Assembly: GCA_044228265.1 (NCBI GenBank)
Contig: JBGAVC010000037.1
Location: forward strand, 5,726 to 37,725
Direction of reading: 5' to 3'
Length of the DNA: 32,000 nt
From: Pyrinomonadaceae bacterium
GTDB taxonomy: Bacteria; Acidobacteriota; Blastocatellia; Pyrinomonadales; Pyrinomonadaceae
Under the pieces are notes generated by a model. The model did not search any database. It was not told where the DNA came from and worked only from the letters and a program-made list of their open reading frames with translations. Within the stretch, counting starts at the first letter, position 1; each line of letters opens with the position of its first letter. Position numbers and translations under genes: made by a program. Shown here piece by piece: positions 8,069 to 18,018 of the stretch.

Positions 8069-11000
8069 ATGGAAAACGAACCTACATTTGAAAAAGGCCG
8101 GCCCGTCTTTCACGATACGCGCGGACGGCGCAAGCATTATTTCTCGTCATTGGCGATCGTCCTAATGGGCATCTCGACGGTGATGCTGGCATTTTTCACG
8201 ATCAGTGTTTTGGTCAACCCGTTTCTGCCTCAGATAAAGCTAAAGCCCGTGGCTGTACTCCCGCAGCAGGCCCCCAATTTTCATCCCCCTGAACTCCCGC
8301 TGTCGCGCCGAGCAACCGCGGCCAAACAAACAGGTGAAAAGGCAAGGCTTGAACAAAAGAAACGCGAAGACCAGAAACTGCAGCGAATGGCCGAGGCCGA
8401 ACTGCTGGTGGCGTCAAAGGGCAGCCCGATAGAACGGGCGACGCATGTGGGGAACCCGCTGGCGATAGGGTTCTTTGTGAACTGGGACGACTCGAGCATC
8501 GCATCGCTGAGACAAAATATCAACAATCTCGACTGGCTCGTCCCCGAGTGGATCCGTTTGTCCGGCAACAGTGCAGACCCGCTTACGCTCGACATCGACC
8601 CGGACGCTGTCAAGTTCGTCGCCGAGAACAAACCCGAGATGCCGATTTTGCCGCTGCTCCAAAACTACAAGGACGAACAGTGGAATTCGGATATCTTAGT
8701 AAATTCGATCAGTACCGAGGACGAAAGGCGTAATCTGATCAACGCGCTGCTCAAAACGATCGATACGTACAAGTTCGGCGGATTGACGATCGACATCGAG
8801 GAAGTGCCCGAATCGGCCCAGACCAACTTGTTCATATTCATGAAGGAACTGCGTGCCGAATTTCAGCCGCGTGGGTTGATCCTCGCGCAGGCAGTGCCGT
8901 TCGACAATCCGGACTGGAATTACACTGCATACGCCAGCGTCACCGATTTTCTGATGCTTATGGCATACGATCAGCATTGGTCGACCGGTCCTGCCGGGCC
9001 GGTCTCGGGCCAGGACTGGTATGCTGCGGGGCTAAAGAAGCGGATGGCTGAACTGTCGCCCTCGAAAACGATCGTCTGCTTTGGAAATTACGGTTATAAC
9101 TGGGCCTCTGGCGACAAGGAAGCAGAAACCGTCACATTTCAGGAATCGCTTCTAGCAGCTCGCGAGTCACTTGACTCACCCGAGGAGATCAAGTTCGATC
9201 CTGCGTCGAAAAACCCATATTTTTCCTACACCGAAGACGACGGCAAGGAGCATACGGTCTGGTTCCTAGACGCGGCGACCGCGTTCAACCAGATCCAAAA
9301 TGCACAACAATACAAGGTAGCTGGATATGCTCTTTGGCGTATGGGCAGCGAGGACCCGTCGCTTTGGAATGTGTTCGGATCGGGCGGCAAGATGGCACCG
9401 GCAAACGATCTGTCGACGATCAAATACGGGTACGACGTCGATTTTCAGGGTACGGGCGAGATACTACAGGTCATCGCGCAGCCGCAGGACGGCAGACGGG
9501 ACCTAAAGATCGACAACGACGGTGAGATAACCGATCAGGTGTATCGCCAGATACCGTCGTCATACGTTATCCAGCGAACCGGTGACAAGCCGGGCAAGAT
9601 CGTACTCACTTTCGACGACGGGCCAGATCCGGTTTGGACACCCAAGGTCCTGGACGTGCTCAAACGAGAGAACGTTCATGGGGCATTCTTTATCGTGGGG
9701 ACTAACGGCCAGGCTTATCCCGAGATCGTTAAACGCATCTTCGACGAGGGACATGAGCTTGGCAACCACTCATTCACTCATCCAAATCTGGGTGAGGTTC
9801 CGCGTCAGGTAACTGATATCGAGCTAAACGCCACTCAACGGTTGATCGAGTCGCTCACGGGACACTCGACACGCCTGTTCCGCGCGCCTTATTTTGGCGA
9901 CGCCGAGCCGCGAACGCCCGATGAGGTGAATCCGACCGTCCAGGCGCAAAATCTCGGTTATATCTCGATCGGCCTTCATCTCGACCCCGATGACTGGAAA
10001 CTGCGAAACGACGACGGGTCGCCCCACACAGCGGACGAGATGGTCGACGAGATAATGCAGCAGGTCGCCATTACGACGCCTGAAGAACGCGGCAACATCG
10101 TCCTGCTGCATGACAGCGGCGGCGACCGATCGGCGACGATCGAGGCCTTGGAAAAACTGATACCGCTGCTGCGGAGCAAAGGATACGAGTTTACGACCAT
10201 CGCTGATCTTGCAAACATGACGCGCGACGATGCCATGCCACCCGTGTCACGCGACAAGACATTTTATTCGCGAGCGGACTCTTACGTCTTTTATGGGCTG
10301 TCGCTCGGCGGATGGCTGATGCGGTGGATGTTCTTTATCGGCATCGTGCTGGGCCTCGGGAGAATGGTGTTCATCGGGATTCTCGCCTTCGCACAGTTCG
10401 TTCGGTCGCGACGCCGCGAACGTCTGCATTTCGGTGAACGGTACAAACCGCTTGTCTCGGTCGTTGTTCCAGCATTTAACGAGGAAAAGGTCATCGTCCG
10501 GTCGCTGCAGACACTGCTCGCCTCGGAATACGACAAATTCGAGATCATAGTCGTCGACGATGGGTCGACCGACGGCACGTATGAAACCCTCAAAGCGAAT
10601 TTCGGTGATGACGAGCGTGTGGCAATTTACACAAAGGAGAACGAAGGTAAAGCCGACACTTTGAATTTCGGCTGGCGAAAATCGAACGGTGACGTGATCA
10701 TCGCGCTCGATGCAGATACTCAATTCGGCCCCGAAACCATCGCTGCGCTCGCTCATCGTTTCGCCGACCCGGACATTGGAGCAATAGCAGGAAATGCAAA
10801 GGTCGGAAACCGGATAAATATCGTCACCAAATGGCAAGCCCTGGAATATGTGACCTCGCAGAACTTTGACCGCCGGGCATTTTCCTCGCTCAATTGCATC
10901 ACCGTCGTCCCGGGCTCCGTCGGTGCATGGCGGCGGTCGGTCTTGGAGGAGACGGGCGGTTTTTCCTCCGACACTCTCGCCGAGGACCAGGACCTGACGA

Positions 11001-11569
11001 TCCAGGTGCGGAAACTCGGTTACAGCATCGGTTACGAAGAACTCGCGATCGGGCTTACGGAGGCTCCTGACAGCCTCCGCAACCTCGCAAAACAGAGGTT
11101 TCGCTGGTCGTACGGAACGCTCCAGTGCATGTGGAAACACAAGGATGCGTTGTTAAATCCAAAGTACGGGTCGCTCGGTTTCATAGCGATGCCGAACGTC
11201 TGGATATTTCAGGTGTTCTTCCCGCTTATTTCGCCTTTGATGGACCTGATGTTCGTATGGACGCTGCTATGGGCGCTTATCGCCTCGCTCGAGCACCAGC
11301 AGGAATACGCTCACACTCCGACGAACCTTAACCAGGTGATCTTTTATTACGCTTTGTTCCTGGCGGTGGACTGGTTCGGGGCGTTCGCTGCGTTCCTGAT
11401 GGAAAAGGGAGAACAAAAACGCTTGCTGGTTTGGCTGCTGATTCAGCGGTTCGGTTACCGGCAGGTCATGTATTGGGTGATGGTTAAATCCGTATTCACT
11501 GCCCTGCGAGGAGCACTGGTCGGCTGGGGCAAACTCGAACGAAAGGCCACGGTCGGCGTGAATACGTAA
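8069..11569 (+). CDS. Fused exopolysaccharide machine: TM - GH18-like domain - CE4 (NodB) polysaccharide deacetylase - TM - processive family-2 glycosyltransferase (PgaC/IcaA/NodC-like) - TM bundle
   Basis: 1166 aa. GH18-like region approx 8456..9373 (GGLTIDIEEV, MAYDQHW, YGYNW). CE4 motifs TFDDGPDP, HSFTHP, FRAPYFG, IVLLHD (approx 9590..10213). GT2 motifs VVVPAFNEE, VVDDGSTDGT, ALDADT, AEDQDLT, QRFRW (approx 10451..11143). Hydrophobic segments at aa 27-50, 742-777 and 1035-1150. Confidence 0.85.
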   Translation: MENEPTFEKGRPVFHDTRGRRKHYFSSLAIVLMGISTVMLAFFTISVLVNPFLPQIKLKPVAVLPQQAPNFHPPELPLSRRATAAKQTGEKARLEQKKREDQKLQRMAEAELLVASKGSPIERATHVGNPLAIGFFVNWDDSSIASLRQNINNLDWLVPEWIRLSGNSADPLTLDIDPDAVKFVAENKPEMPILPLLQNYKDEQWNSDILVNSISTEDERRNLINALLKTIDTYKFGGLTIDIEEVPESAQTNLFIFMKELRAEFQPRGLILAQAVPFDNPDWNYTAYASVTDFLMLMAYDQHWSTGPAGPVSGQDWYAAGLKKRMAELSPSKTIVCFGNYGYNWASGDKEAETVTFQESLLAARESLDSPEEIKFDPASKNPYFSYTEDDGKEHTVWFLDAATAFNQIQNAQQYKVAGYALWRMGSEDPSLWNVFGSGGKMAPANDLSTIKYGYDVDFQGTGEILQVIAQPQDGRRDLKIDNDGEITDQVYRQIPSSYVIQRTGDKPGKIVLTFDDGPDPVWTPKVLDVLKRENVHGAFFIVGTNGQAYPEIVKRIFDEGHELGNHSFTHPNLGEVPRQVTDIELNATQRLIESLTGHSTRLFRAPYFGDAEPRTPDEVNPTVQAQNLGYISIGLHLDPDDWKLRNDDGSPHTADEMVDEIMQQVAITTPEERGNIVLLHDSGGDRSATIEALEKLIPLLRSKGYEFTTIADLANMTRDDAMPPVSRDKTFYSRADSYVFYGLSLGGWLMRWMFFIGIVLGLGRMVFIGILAFAQFVRSRRRERLHFGERYKPLVSVVVPAFNEEKVIVRSLQTLLASEYDKFEIIVVDDGSTDGTYETLKANFGDDERVAIYTKENEGKADTLNFGWRKSNGDVIIALDADTQFGPETIAALAHRFADPDIGAIAGNAKVGNRINIVTKWQALEYVTSQNFDRRAFSSLNCITVVPGSVGAWRRSVLEETGGFSSDTLAEDQDLTIQVRKLGYSIGYEELAIGLTEAPDSLRNLAKQRFRWSYGTLQCMWKHKDALLNPKYGSLGFIAMPNVWIFQVFFPLISPLMDLMFVWTLLWALIASLEHQQEYAHTPTNLNQVIFYYALFLAVDWFGAFAAFLMEKGEQKRLLVWLLIQRFGYRQVMYWVMVKSVFTALRGALVGWGKLERKATVGVNT

Positions 11570-11585
11570 GAGAGCAGGGACTGTT

Positions 11586-12704
11586 ATGAAAGCGGTAGCC
11601 GTCATTCCGAAAACGGTCAACTCGGTTCATCTCGTCGAAATGGACAAACCGTCCGTCAAGGACATCGCGGACGGCCGCGGCGTTCTTGTCGAGGTCCTCA
11701 GGGTCGGGGCGTGCGGAACGGATCGCGAGATCAACAGCGGGGAGTACGGCGTCGCTCCCGAGGGCTATGATTTCCTGGTGCTCGGGCACGAGAACTTTGG
11801 CCGCGTCGCCGAAGTGGGTGGGAACGTCCGCGATCTCAAGTCCGGTGATCTCGTAGTCGCAACGGTTCGGAGACCGCGTGGGAGCAGCATATACGATAAG
11901 ATCGGCGAGCAGGACTTTACGACCGACAACACTTATTACGAACGCGGGATCTCGCGGCTCCACGGCTATATGGCCGAGTTTTATGTAGAAAGCGAGGATT
12001 TTCTCGTCAAGATCCCGCCCGCGATCGCTGAGATCGCTGTCCTGCTCGAACCGCTCTCGATCATCGAAAAGGGCCTCAAACAGGCGAGCGACATCCAGGA
12101 ACGGCTGAAGATCTGGAACCCGAAGACCGCTGCCGTGCTTGGTACAGGAAATGTCGGCCTGCTCACCATAATGGCGTTGAGAATGAGGGGTTACGAGGTT
12201 CACGGTTTTGGACTCGATAAACGCGACGGTTATCACAACGCCGACCTTATCGAGGCGATCGGCGGCACCTACGACTCGACGTCGGAAACAACGGTGACCG
12301 CCGCGGCAGAAAGATATGGCGAATTTGACCTGATATTTGAATGCACCGGCTACTCGCCGATCATATTCGACGCGATGGAGGCGTTGAATGAGAACGGGAT
12401 ATTGGTCCTCGCATCGGTCACGGGCGGCGGCCGCAAGACCGATCAGGTGCCGTCGGATGCGATCAACCAACGATTTGTGCTTGGCAACCGGGCGATGGTC
12501 GGCACGGTAAATGCGGGGAGAGAGCATTACGACCTGGGCGTACGGGATCTCGCCCTGTGTGAAGCTATGCACGCCGGTTGGCTCGGTCAAATGCTGACGC
12601 ATAAGGTCGAGGGCCTCGATAATTTCGCCAAGGTCTTCGAGATCCTCAACAACTCCTCGCAGTACAAAGGCATAAAGACCTACTTTGAGGTAGCGAAGAT
12701 CTAG
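11586..12704 (+). CDS. Zn-dependent medium-chain dehydrogenase, archaeal-type glucose 1-dehydrogenase-like
   Basis: 372 aa. LRVGACGTDREINSGEYG and LGHENFGRV resemble the GICGTDREI / GHE motifs of MDR glucose dehydrogenases. Starts 17 nt after the upstream gene. The 368-aa minus-strand ORF 11496..12602 is its shadow. Confidence 0.65.
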   Translation: MKAVAVIPKTVNSVHLVEMDKPSVKDIADGRGVLVEVLRVGACGTDREINSGEYGVAPEGYDFLVLGHENFGRVAEVGGNVRDLKSGDLVVATVRRPRGSSIYDKIGEQDFTTDNTYYERGISRLHGYMAEFYVESEDFLVKIPPAIAEIAVLLEPLSIIEKGLKQASDIQERLKIWNPKTAAVLGTGNVGLLTIMALRMRGYEVHGFGLDKRDGYHNADLIEAIGGTYDSTSETTVTAAAERYGEFDLIFECTGYSPIIFDAMEALNENGILVLASVTGGGRKTDQVPSDAINQRFVLGNRAMVGTVNAGREHYDLGVRDLALCEAMHAGWLGQMLTHKVEGLDNFAKVFEILNNSSQYKGIKTYFEVAKI

Positions 12705-12788
12705 CTTCCTTTCCGCAGCAGGACAAACTTACTCGTTACGGTTTGCTGGCATGCACATCGTGCCCAAGGGTATGGCAATATAGATGTT

Positions 12789-13106
12789 ATGCCCGAATTT
12801 CCCGACATCGACGGCGGTACCGACGTACTTGAGGAGACCGATGTCAAACTCGAGAAACCCAAGCTCTACAAAGTGATCCTCCACAACGACGATTTCACGA
12901 CCATGGAATTCGTCGTCTTCGTACTTCAATACGTATTCAATCGAGCCGAGCCTGAAGCGTTCACCATCATGATGAAGGTCCATACAGAGGGCCTTGGCAT
13001 CGCCGGTATCTATCCGTTCGAGATCGCAAACATGAAGTCGAACAAAGCGATGAACCTCGCAAAGGCACGGGAGTATCCGCTGCTGTGCACGGTGGAGGAG
13101 GAATAA
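12789..13106 (+). CDS. clpS: ATP-dependent Clp protease adaptor ClpS
   Basis: 105 aa. KLYKVILHNDDFTTMEFVVFVLQYVF...AFTIMMKVHTEGLGIAGIYPFEIA is a textbook ClpS core. Confidence 0.9.
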   Translation: MPEFPDIDGGTDVLEETDVKLEKPKLYKVILHNDDFTTMEFVVFVLQYVFNRAEPEAFTIMMKVHTEGLGIAGIYPFEIANMKSNKAMNLAKAREYPLLCTVEEE

Positions 13107-13290
13107 CGCCGGCTTGAAAATTGTGAAGCATGGATCGCGGACCGCCACGTTGCTCCCCATTTAAAACAGCGGACGATTTTATGTTATTGTATTTACCGGA
13201 TATGCGGAGGCCATCGCCCATTACTATAGAAAAGTTAGGGACCGGCTCGGATCAATGACCGAGCGGATGGCGAGAGTTTGCCTGACGAGT

Positions 13291-13326
13291 CCCAAGCCAA
13301 CGAAAGGCTTGGGCTTTTTGATTTTG
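13291..13326 (+). terminator. Rho-independent terminator-like hairpin plus U-tract, ending 7 nt upstream of the ileS ATG
   Basis: Stem CCCAAGCC (13291..13298), loop aacgaaa, stem GGCTTGGG (13306..13313), followed by CTTTTTGATTTTG. A second hairpin lies upstream at 13242..13266 (CCGGCTCGG / CCGAGCGG). Confidence 0.6.
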
Positions 13327-13333
13327 TATTGAA

Positions 13334-16192
13334 ATGACAGAAGAGTTAGATCTGAAGAAGACGGTTAACCTACCGCGGACCGATTTTTCGCAGAAAGCGA
13401 ACCTCGGCCAGGCGGAGCCGGCGCGCCTAAAGAAATGGCAGGAAATGGGGCTCTACGAAAAGGTGATGGAGGCACGCAAAGGCCGCGAGAAATTCATCCT
13501 GCACGACGGCCCGCCTTATGCCAACGCCGACATTCACATCGGTACGGCGCTCAATAAGATCCTCAAGGACTTCGTCGTCAAGACGCGTTCGATGATGGGA
13601 TTTGACGCGCCCTACGTGCCCGGTTACGACTGTCACGGACTGCCGATCGAGACCATCGTCGAGAAAAAGCTCACAGAGAAGGGCAAGAACAAGAACGACA
13701 TTCCGGTCGCAACGTTCCGGCGCATTTGTCGAGAACACGCTTCGACTGCGATGAATAGCCAGACGCGTGATTTCCAGCGGCTTGGCATCCTCGGTGAATG
13801 GCAGAACCCTTATCTGACGATGTCACCCGAGTACGAATCGTCTACCGCGAGACTGTTCGGCCGGTTCCTTGAACGCGGATTCGTCTACAAGGGTTTACGG
13901 CCGGTTTACTGGTGCATCCACGACCAGACCGCGCTTGCCGAGGCCGAGGTGGAGTACAAGGAGCATACCTCGCCTTCGGTTTACGTGAAATTTCCGTTGA
14001 AGACAGATCCGGCTGAGATCGACGGTGCCCTCGCGGGCAAGAAGGTGTTCGTCGTCATCTGGACCACGACGCCTTGGACGCTGCCCGCGAACCTGGGCAT
14101 TGCCGTTCATCCTGAGTTTGATTACTCGGCCGTTGAGGCGAATGGCGAGGTTTACATCGTCGCAAGCGAGCTTGCGGGGGCATTTGCCGAAACGTGCAGA
14201 TTTGAGAACATGACCGAGCTTGCCCGGTTCAAAGGCGCAAAGCTCGACCGCATGGAAGCACGCCACGCGTGGCTCGACCGAACGTCGCTCTTGATGAACG
14301 GCGAGCACGTCACATTGGGCGAAGCCGACGCCGAGGTCGAACTGGATGTCCGTTTTGAAGAAAAGTCGGCGAAAAAGAGCGGTACCGGCTGCGTCCACAC
14401 GGCTCCGGGCCACGGCGCGGACGACTTTCATATCGGCAAAAAATACGGCCTCGAGATCTACAATCCGGTCGACGCCGCTGGCGGCTTTGACGCCGATGTC
14501 GAACATTTCGGCGGAATGAACATCTTCGACGCAAACCCGAAGATCGTTGAGTTTCTTGCCGAGCGAGGCATGCTGCTCCACTCGGAAAGGTACAGCCACC
14601 GTTATCCGCATTGCTGGCGGTGCAAGAACCCGGTCATTTTTCGAGCGACGCCGCAATGGTTCATCTCGATGGATGATGCTGTCGACGGAGCCAGCCTGCG
14701 CAAGCGCGCACTTGACGAGATCGCGCGAGTGAAATGGCATCCGGCGTGGGGCGAGGGCCGTATGTCGAACATGTTCAAAGGACGGCCGGATTGGTGTGTC
14801 TCGCGACAGCGATTCTGGGGCGTGCCGATCCCTGTTTTCTATTGCCAGGCCTGTGACGAAGCGGTGGCGGACCCAAAGATCGTCGATCACGTGGCGGATA
14901 TCTTCGCAAAAGAGACTGCCGACGCATGGTATGCGCGCCCCGAGCACGAACTGCTGCCTGAAGGCTACAAATGCGCGAAGTGCGACAGTCAGGACTTTCG
15001 CAAGGAGACCGACATCCTCGACGTGTGGTTCGATTCGGGTTCGAGCTGTGTCGCGGTGCTCGAGACCCGAGGAGAAACATTGCGTTTTCCGGCCGACGTC
15101 TATCTCGAGGGCGGCGACCAATATCGTGGCTGGTTCAACTCCAGCTTGAGCTGCGGCATCGCTGCACATGACCGTGCACCGTATGACCAGATCATCACGC
15201 ACGGATGGGTCGTCGACGGCGAAGGCAAAAAGCAGTCAAAGAGCCTCGGCAACGTGACCGCGCCAAAGGAGATCATCGACCGCTCTGGCGCCGACGTGCT
15301 GCGGCTCTGGGCGGCGGCCGTCGATTATACCGAGGACGTTCGCTGCTCGGACGAGATCCTATCTCGAGTCGTCGATGCCTATCGTAAAATGCGCAACACG
15401 CTGCGCTATGCGCTTGGCAATCTCGACGGATTCGACCCCACGGCCGACATGGTCGATCCTGGCTCGATGTTAGAGATCGACCGATGGGCACTCGCCCAGC
15501 TCGACGATGTTACAGCAAAGGTCGTTGCCGGCTACAAAGCCTACGATTTTCAGGCTGCTTACAACGCACTTTACAGTTTTTGCACGGTGACGCTATCGGC
15601 GCGGTATTTTGACATCATCAAGGACCGGTTGTACATCTTTGCACCGCGGTCCGAGGCGAGGCGTTCCGCCCAGACGGCGCTCTACAATATCGCTGACGCG
15701 CTGTGCAGGCTTATGGCTCCGCTGCTGGCTTTCACGGCCGACGAGGCATGGGAGAACCTGCCGGGAGGCCGCGAAGCGTCGGTCCATATCGCCGAGTTTC
15801 CTGCCGCCGCCTCCGCTTCAAGCGGCGAACTACTCTCAAATTGGGAACGTATATTTGACATACGCGACGAGGTGCTCGGCTCACTTGAAACGGCCCGAAA
15901 CGATAAGCAGATCGGCTCGTCGCTCGAAGCCAAAGTGATACTTACGGTCGACGGAGGTACGGCGCGCTTCCTGCTCGACTATTACGAGCAGCTACGGTAC
16001 ATATTCATCGTCTCGCAAGTAGAGGTGCACGAGGGTGACCAGTTCGCCGTCGTGGTCCGCAAGGCAGACGGCGAAAAATGTGAACGCTGCTGGAACTATT
16101 CAACTCGAGTCGGGCAATTTACCGATTTCCCGACCGTTTGCGAACGCTGCGCCGAGGCCTTGTCCGAGATCGTCCGCGGCGCCGCGTCATAG
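13334..16192 (+). CDS. ileS: Isoleucyl-tRNA synthetase
   Basis: 952 aa. HIGH motif region [20 protein letters not shown] motif KQSKSLGN. C-terminal zinc-finger CERCWNY...CERC. N-terminus [11 protein letters not shown] is typical of IleS. Confidence 0.95.
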   Translation: MTEELDLKKTVNLPRTDFSQKANLGQAEPARLKKWQEMGLYEKVMEARKGREKFILHDGPPYANADIHIGTALNKILKDFVVKTRSMMGFDAPYVPGYDCHGLPIETIVEKKLTEKGKNKNDIPVATFRRICREHASTAMNSQTRDFQRLGILGEWQNPYLTMSPEYESSTARLFGRFLERGFVYKGLRPVYWCIHDQTALAEAEVEYKEHTSPSVYVKFPLKTDPAEIDGALAGKKVFVVIWTTTPWTLPANLGIAVHPEFDYSAVEANGEVYIVASELAGAFAETCRFENMTELARFKGAKLDRMEARHAWLDRTSLLMNGEHVTLGEADAEVELDVRFEEKSAKKSGTGCVHTAPGHGADDFHIGKKYGLEIYNPVDAAGGFDADVEHFGGMNIFDANPKIVEFLAERGMLLHSERYSHRYPHCWRCKNPVIFRATPQWFISMDDAVDGASLRKRALDEIARVKWHPAWGEGRMSNMFKGRPDWCVSRQRFWGVPIPVFYCQACDEAVADPKIVDHVADIFAKETADAWYARPEHELLPEGYKCAKCDSQDFRKETDILDVWFDSGSSCVAVLETRGETLRFPADVYLEGGDQYRGWFNSSLSCGIAAHDRAPYDQIITHGWVVDGEGKKQSKSLGNVTAPKEIIDRSGADVLRLWAAAVDYTEDVRCSDEILSRVVDAYRKMRNTLRYALGNLDGFDPTADMVDPGSMLEIDRWALAQLDDVTAKVVAGYKAYDFQAAYNALYSFCTVTLSARYFDIIKDRLYIFAPRSEARRSAQTALYNIADALCRLMAPLLAFTADEAWENLPGGREASVHIAEFPAAASASSGELLSNWERIFDIRDEVLGSLETARNDKQIGSSLEAKVILTVDGGTARFLLDYYEQLRYIFIVSQVEVHEGDQFAVVVRKADGEKCERCWNYSTRVGQFTDFPTVCERCAEALSEIVRGAAS

Positions 16193-16200
16193 GAGGCATA

Positions 16201-16635
16201 ATGCTCGTCAGATCCGTCCTAGTGTTGGTCACGCTCGCGACTTTTGCGTTTTCCACTTCAGCACAGAAGGTTTACATGCCCGAAAAGGGTTCGGCGGAAC
16301 GCACGGCGATACTGAACGCTTTGCGTGTGCCCGTCGAACGCGAGTTGAGGCAAAAGATCGTTTTCGACCTGAATCACTTCAACGTCGCTGGAAACTGGGC
16401 GTTTCTCGGCGGCAAACCGCAGTCGGCGAACGGCGGCCGGCCCAACTATCGCGGCACTCGATATCAACGGGCGATCGACGCCGATATGTTCGACAACAAC
16501 TTTTTCGCGATATTGAAACGGACCGGCGGCAATTGGCGTGTCATCCACTATGCCATCGGCTGTACCGATGTTTGCTATGCGAGTTGGTGGCGAACCTACC
16601 GGGCGCCAAAGTCGATCTTCCCGTATACTGAATAA
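16201..16635 (+). CDS. Secreted hypothetical protein
   Basis: RBS AGGAGG (16191..16196) before ATG 16201. Signal peptide MLVRSVLVLVTLATFAFSTSAQ. No lipobox cysteine. The longer listed ORF starting at 16138 overlaps the ileS 3' end. Confidence 0.6.
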   Translation: MLVRSVLVLVTLATFAFSTSAQKVYMPEKGSAERTAILNALRVPVERELRQKIVFDLNHFNVAGNWAFLGGKPQSANGGRPNYRGTRYQRAIDADMFDNNFFAILKRTGGNWRVIHYAIGCTDVCYASWWRTYRAPKSIFPYTE

Positions 16636-16638
16636 AGC

Positions 16639-17184
16639 GTGAACAAGAAACTTCTGTCCTGGAAACTCGCGTACCTCGCCATAGCCGCGGGTGTGTTCAT
16701 GGTCGATCAGACCACAAAAGCGTGGGCCGCTCGGAGCTTAAGATTCGGCGGCGACCGCTCCGTGATCTCGGGTTTTCTCAATTTTACGTACGCGAACAAT
16801 CCGGGAGTTGCCTTCTCGATGCTCGATGACCATGGAGAGGCCGGCCGATGGGGATTGTCGATCGTTGCGATCGTCGCTGCTACGCTTGTTCTGTATTTCT
16901 TCTGGCGTACCCCAAGGGCTGACGATCGCGTTCTCGGGTCCCTGGCGCTGTTACTTGCCGGGATCGTCGGCAACGTCACCGACCGCTTACGGCTGGGGTT
17001 CGTGATCGACTTTATCGATGTCCAGTTCGGCAGCTGGCATTATCCTACATTCAACATCGCCGATACGGCGATCTGTGTCGGAGCCGGCCTCCTGCTTCTC
17101 GATATTGCGTTGAACAAACGAGGCAAACCGGCGACAGATCCGGGGTCGGCGATCCAGGACCCGCAATTGAAAGATGTATCCTGA
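16639..17184 (+). CDS. lspA: Lipoprotein signal peptidase (signal peptidase II)
   Basis: 181 aa, GTG start. Motifs FTYANNPGVAFSML, GNVTDRLRLGFVIDFI, FNIADTAICVG. Confidence 0.9.
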   Translation: MNKKLLSWKLAYLAIAAGVFMVDQTTKAWAARSLRFGGDRSVISGFLNFTYANNPGVAFSMLDDHGEAGRWGLSIVAIVAATLVLYFFWRTPRADDRVLGSLALLLAGIVGNVTDRLRLGFVIDFIDVQFGSWHYPTFNIADTAICVGAGLLLLDIALNKRGKPATDPGSAIQDPQLKDVS

Positions 17185-17989
17185 GCTTTTCCGTATCGGC
17201 AATTTCCCGATCACGACCTATGGCATTTTCCTGGCGTCGGGAATGCTCCTGGCCCTGATCATCGCGTCGAGGCTTGCAGCACGCGACGGCCTGCCGCGCG
17301 AGCGGATCTACGATCTGGGGCTTTGGGTCCTGGTCGGCGGGCTGCTGGGGTCCAAGGTGCTAATGTTCTTCGTCGAACCGGACGTAAACATATTCACGCT
17401 CGATTTCCTGCGATCCGGCGGCGTTTATTACGGCGGTTTCTTAGGCGGCCTGTTGGCTCTCGTTATCCTGATCCGATTCTATAAGCTGCCGTTCTGGAAA
17501 GTTGGCGACGCACTCGCGCCCGGAGTCGCTCTCGGGCAGGCGTTTGGCCGGCAAGGGTGCTTTGCCGCCGGCTGCTGCTGGGGTAAGCCGACATCGCTGC
17601 CATGGGGTGTGCATTTTACAGAACTTGGACACGAATACACGGGCGTCCCGCTCTACGGCCCGGACGGATCGAGCCTTCATCTTCATCCGACGCAGCTCTA
17701 CGAGTCGTTCATAATGCTCGCAGTTTTTGGGTTTCTGGTTTGGCTCCACCGCCACAAGAAATTTAATGGACAGGTCCTCATAACCTACGGTATCATCTAC
17801 TCGTTAGTACGATTTTCTATTGAATTTATCCGTGACGATCCGCGGGGAGACCTTTTCGGACTCACTACCCTGACCGGCCTTTCAACGTCACAGTTAGTGA
17901 GCTTGATCGTCTTCCTCGCGGCCATCGGATTCTTTTTCTGGAAATTCCGGTCCGCCGAGCCACTGCCTGAACGCCCTGACGCGGCGTGA
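17174..17989 (+). CDS. lgt: Prolipoprotein diacylglyceryl transferase
   Basis: 271 aa. N-terminus FPITTYGIFLASGMLLA. Motifs GRQGCFAAGCCWGKPT and HPTQLYES. Overlaps lspA by 11 nt. Confidence 0.9.
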   Translation: MYPELFRIGNFPITTYGIFLASGMLLALIIASRLAARDGLPRERIYDLGLWVLVGGLLGSKVLMFFVEPDVNIFTLDFLRSGGVYYGGFLGGLLALVILIRFYKLPFWKVGDALAPGVALGQAFGRQGCFAAGCCWGKPTSLPWGVHFTELGHEYTGVPLYGPDGSSLHLHPTQLYESFIMLAVFGFLVWLHRHKKFNGQVLITYGIIYSLVRFSIEFIRDDPRGDLFGLTTLTGLSTSQLVSLIVFLAAIGFFFWKFRSAEPLPERPDAA

Positions 17990-18018
17990 TCCTTCTATCG
18001 ATCGCAAGGGGGAGGCTA

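Noticed and set aside
10247-11140. 297-aa minus-strand ORF
   Set aside because: Antisense to the GT2 domain of the 1166-aa fusion protein.
11496-12602. 368-aa minus-strand ORF
   Set aside because: Shadow ORF antisense to the glucose-dehydrogenase-like gene. R/D/V-rich with no motif. High-GC coding regions commonly leave the opposite strand open.
13228-13260. T-box motif in the ileS leader
   Set aside because: AGTTAGGGACCGGCTCGG only loosely resembles the T-box consensus, and I could not build a convincing antiterminator by eye. It is kept as an open question under the leader finding and is not called as a feature.
13895-15202. 435-aa minus-strand ORF
   Set aside because: Antisense to ileS, whose identity is unambiguous (HIGH and KMSKS motifs).
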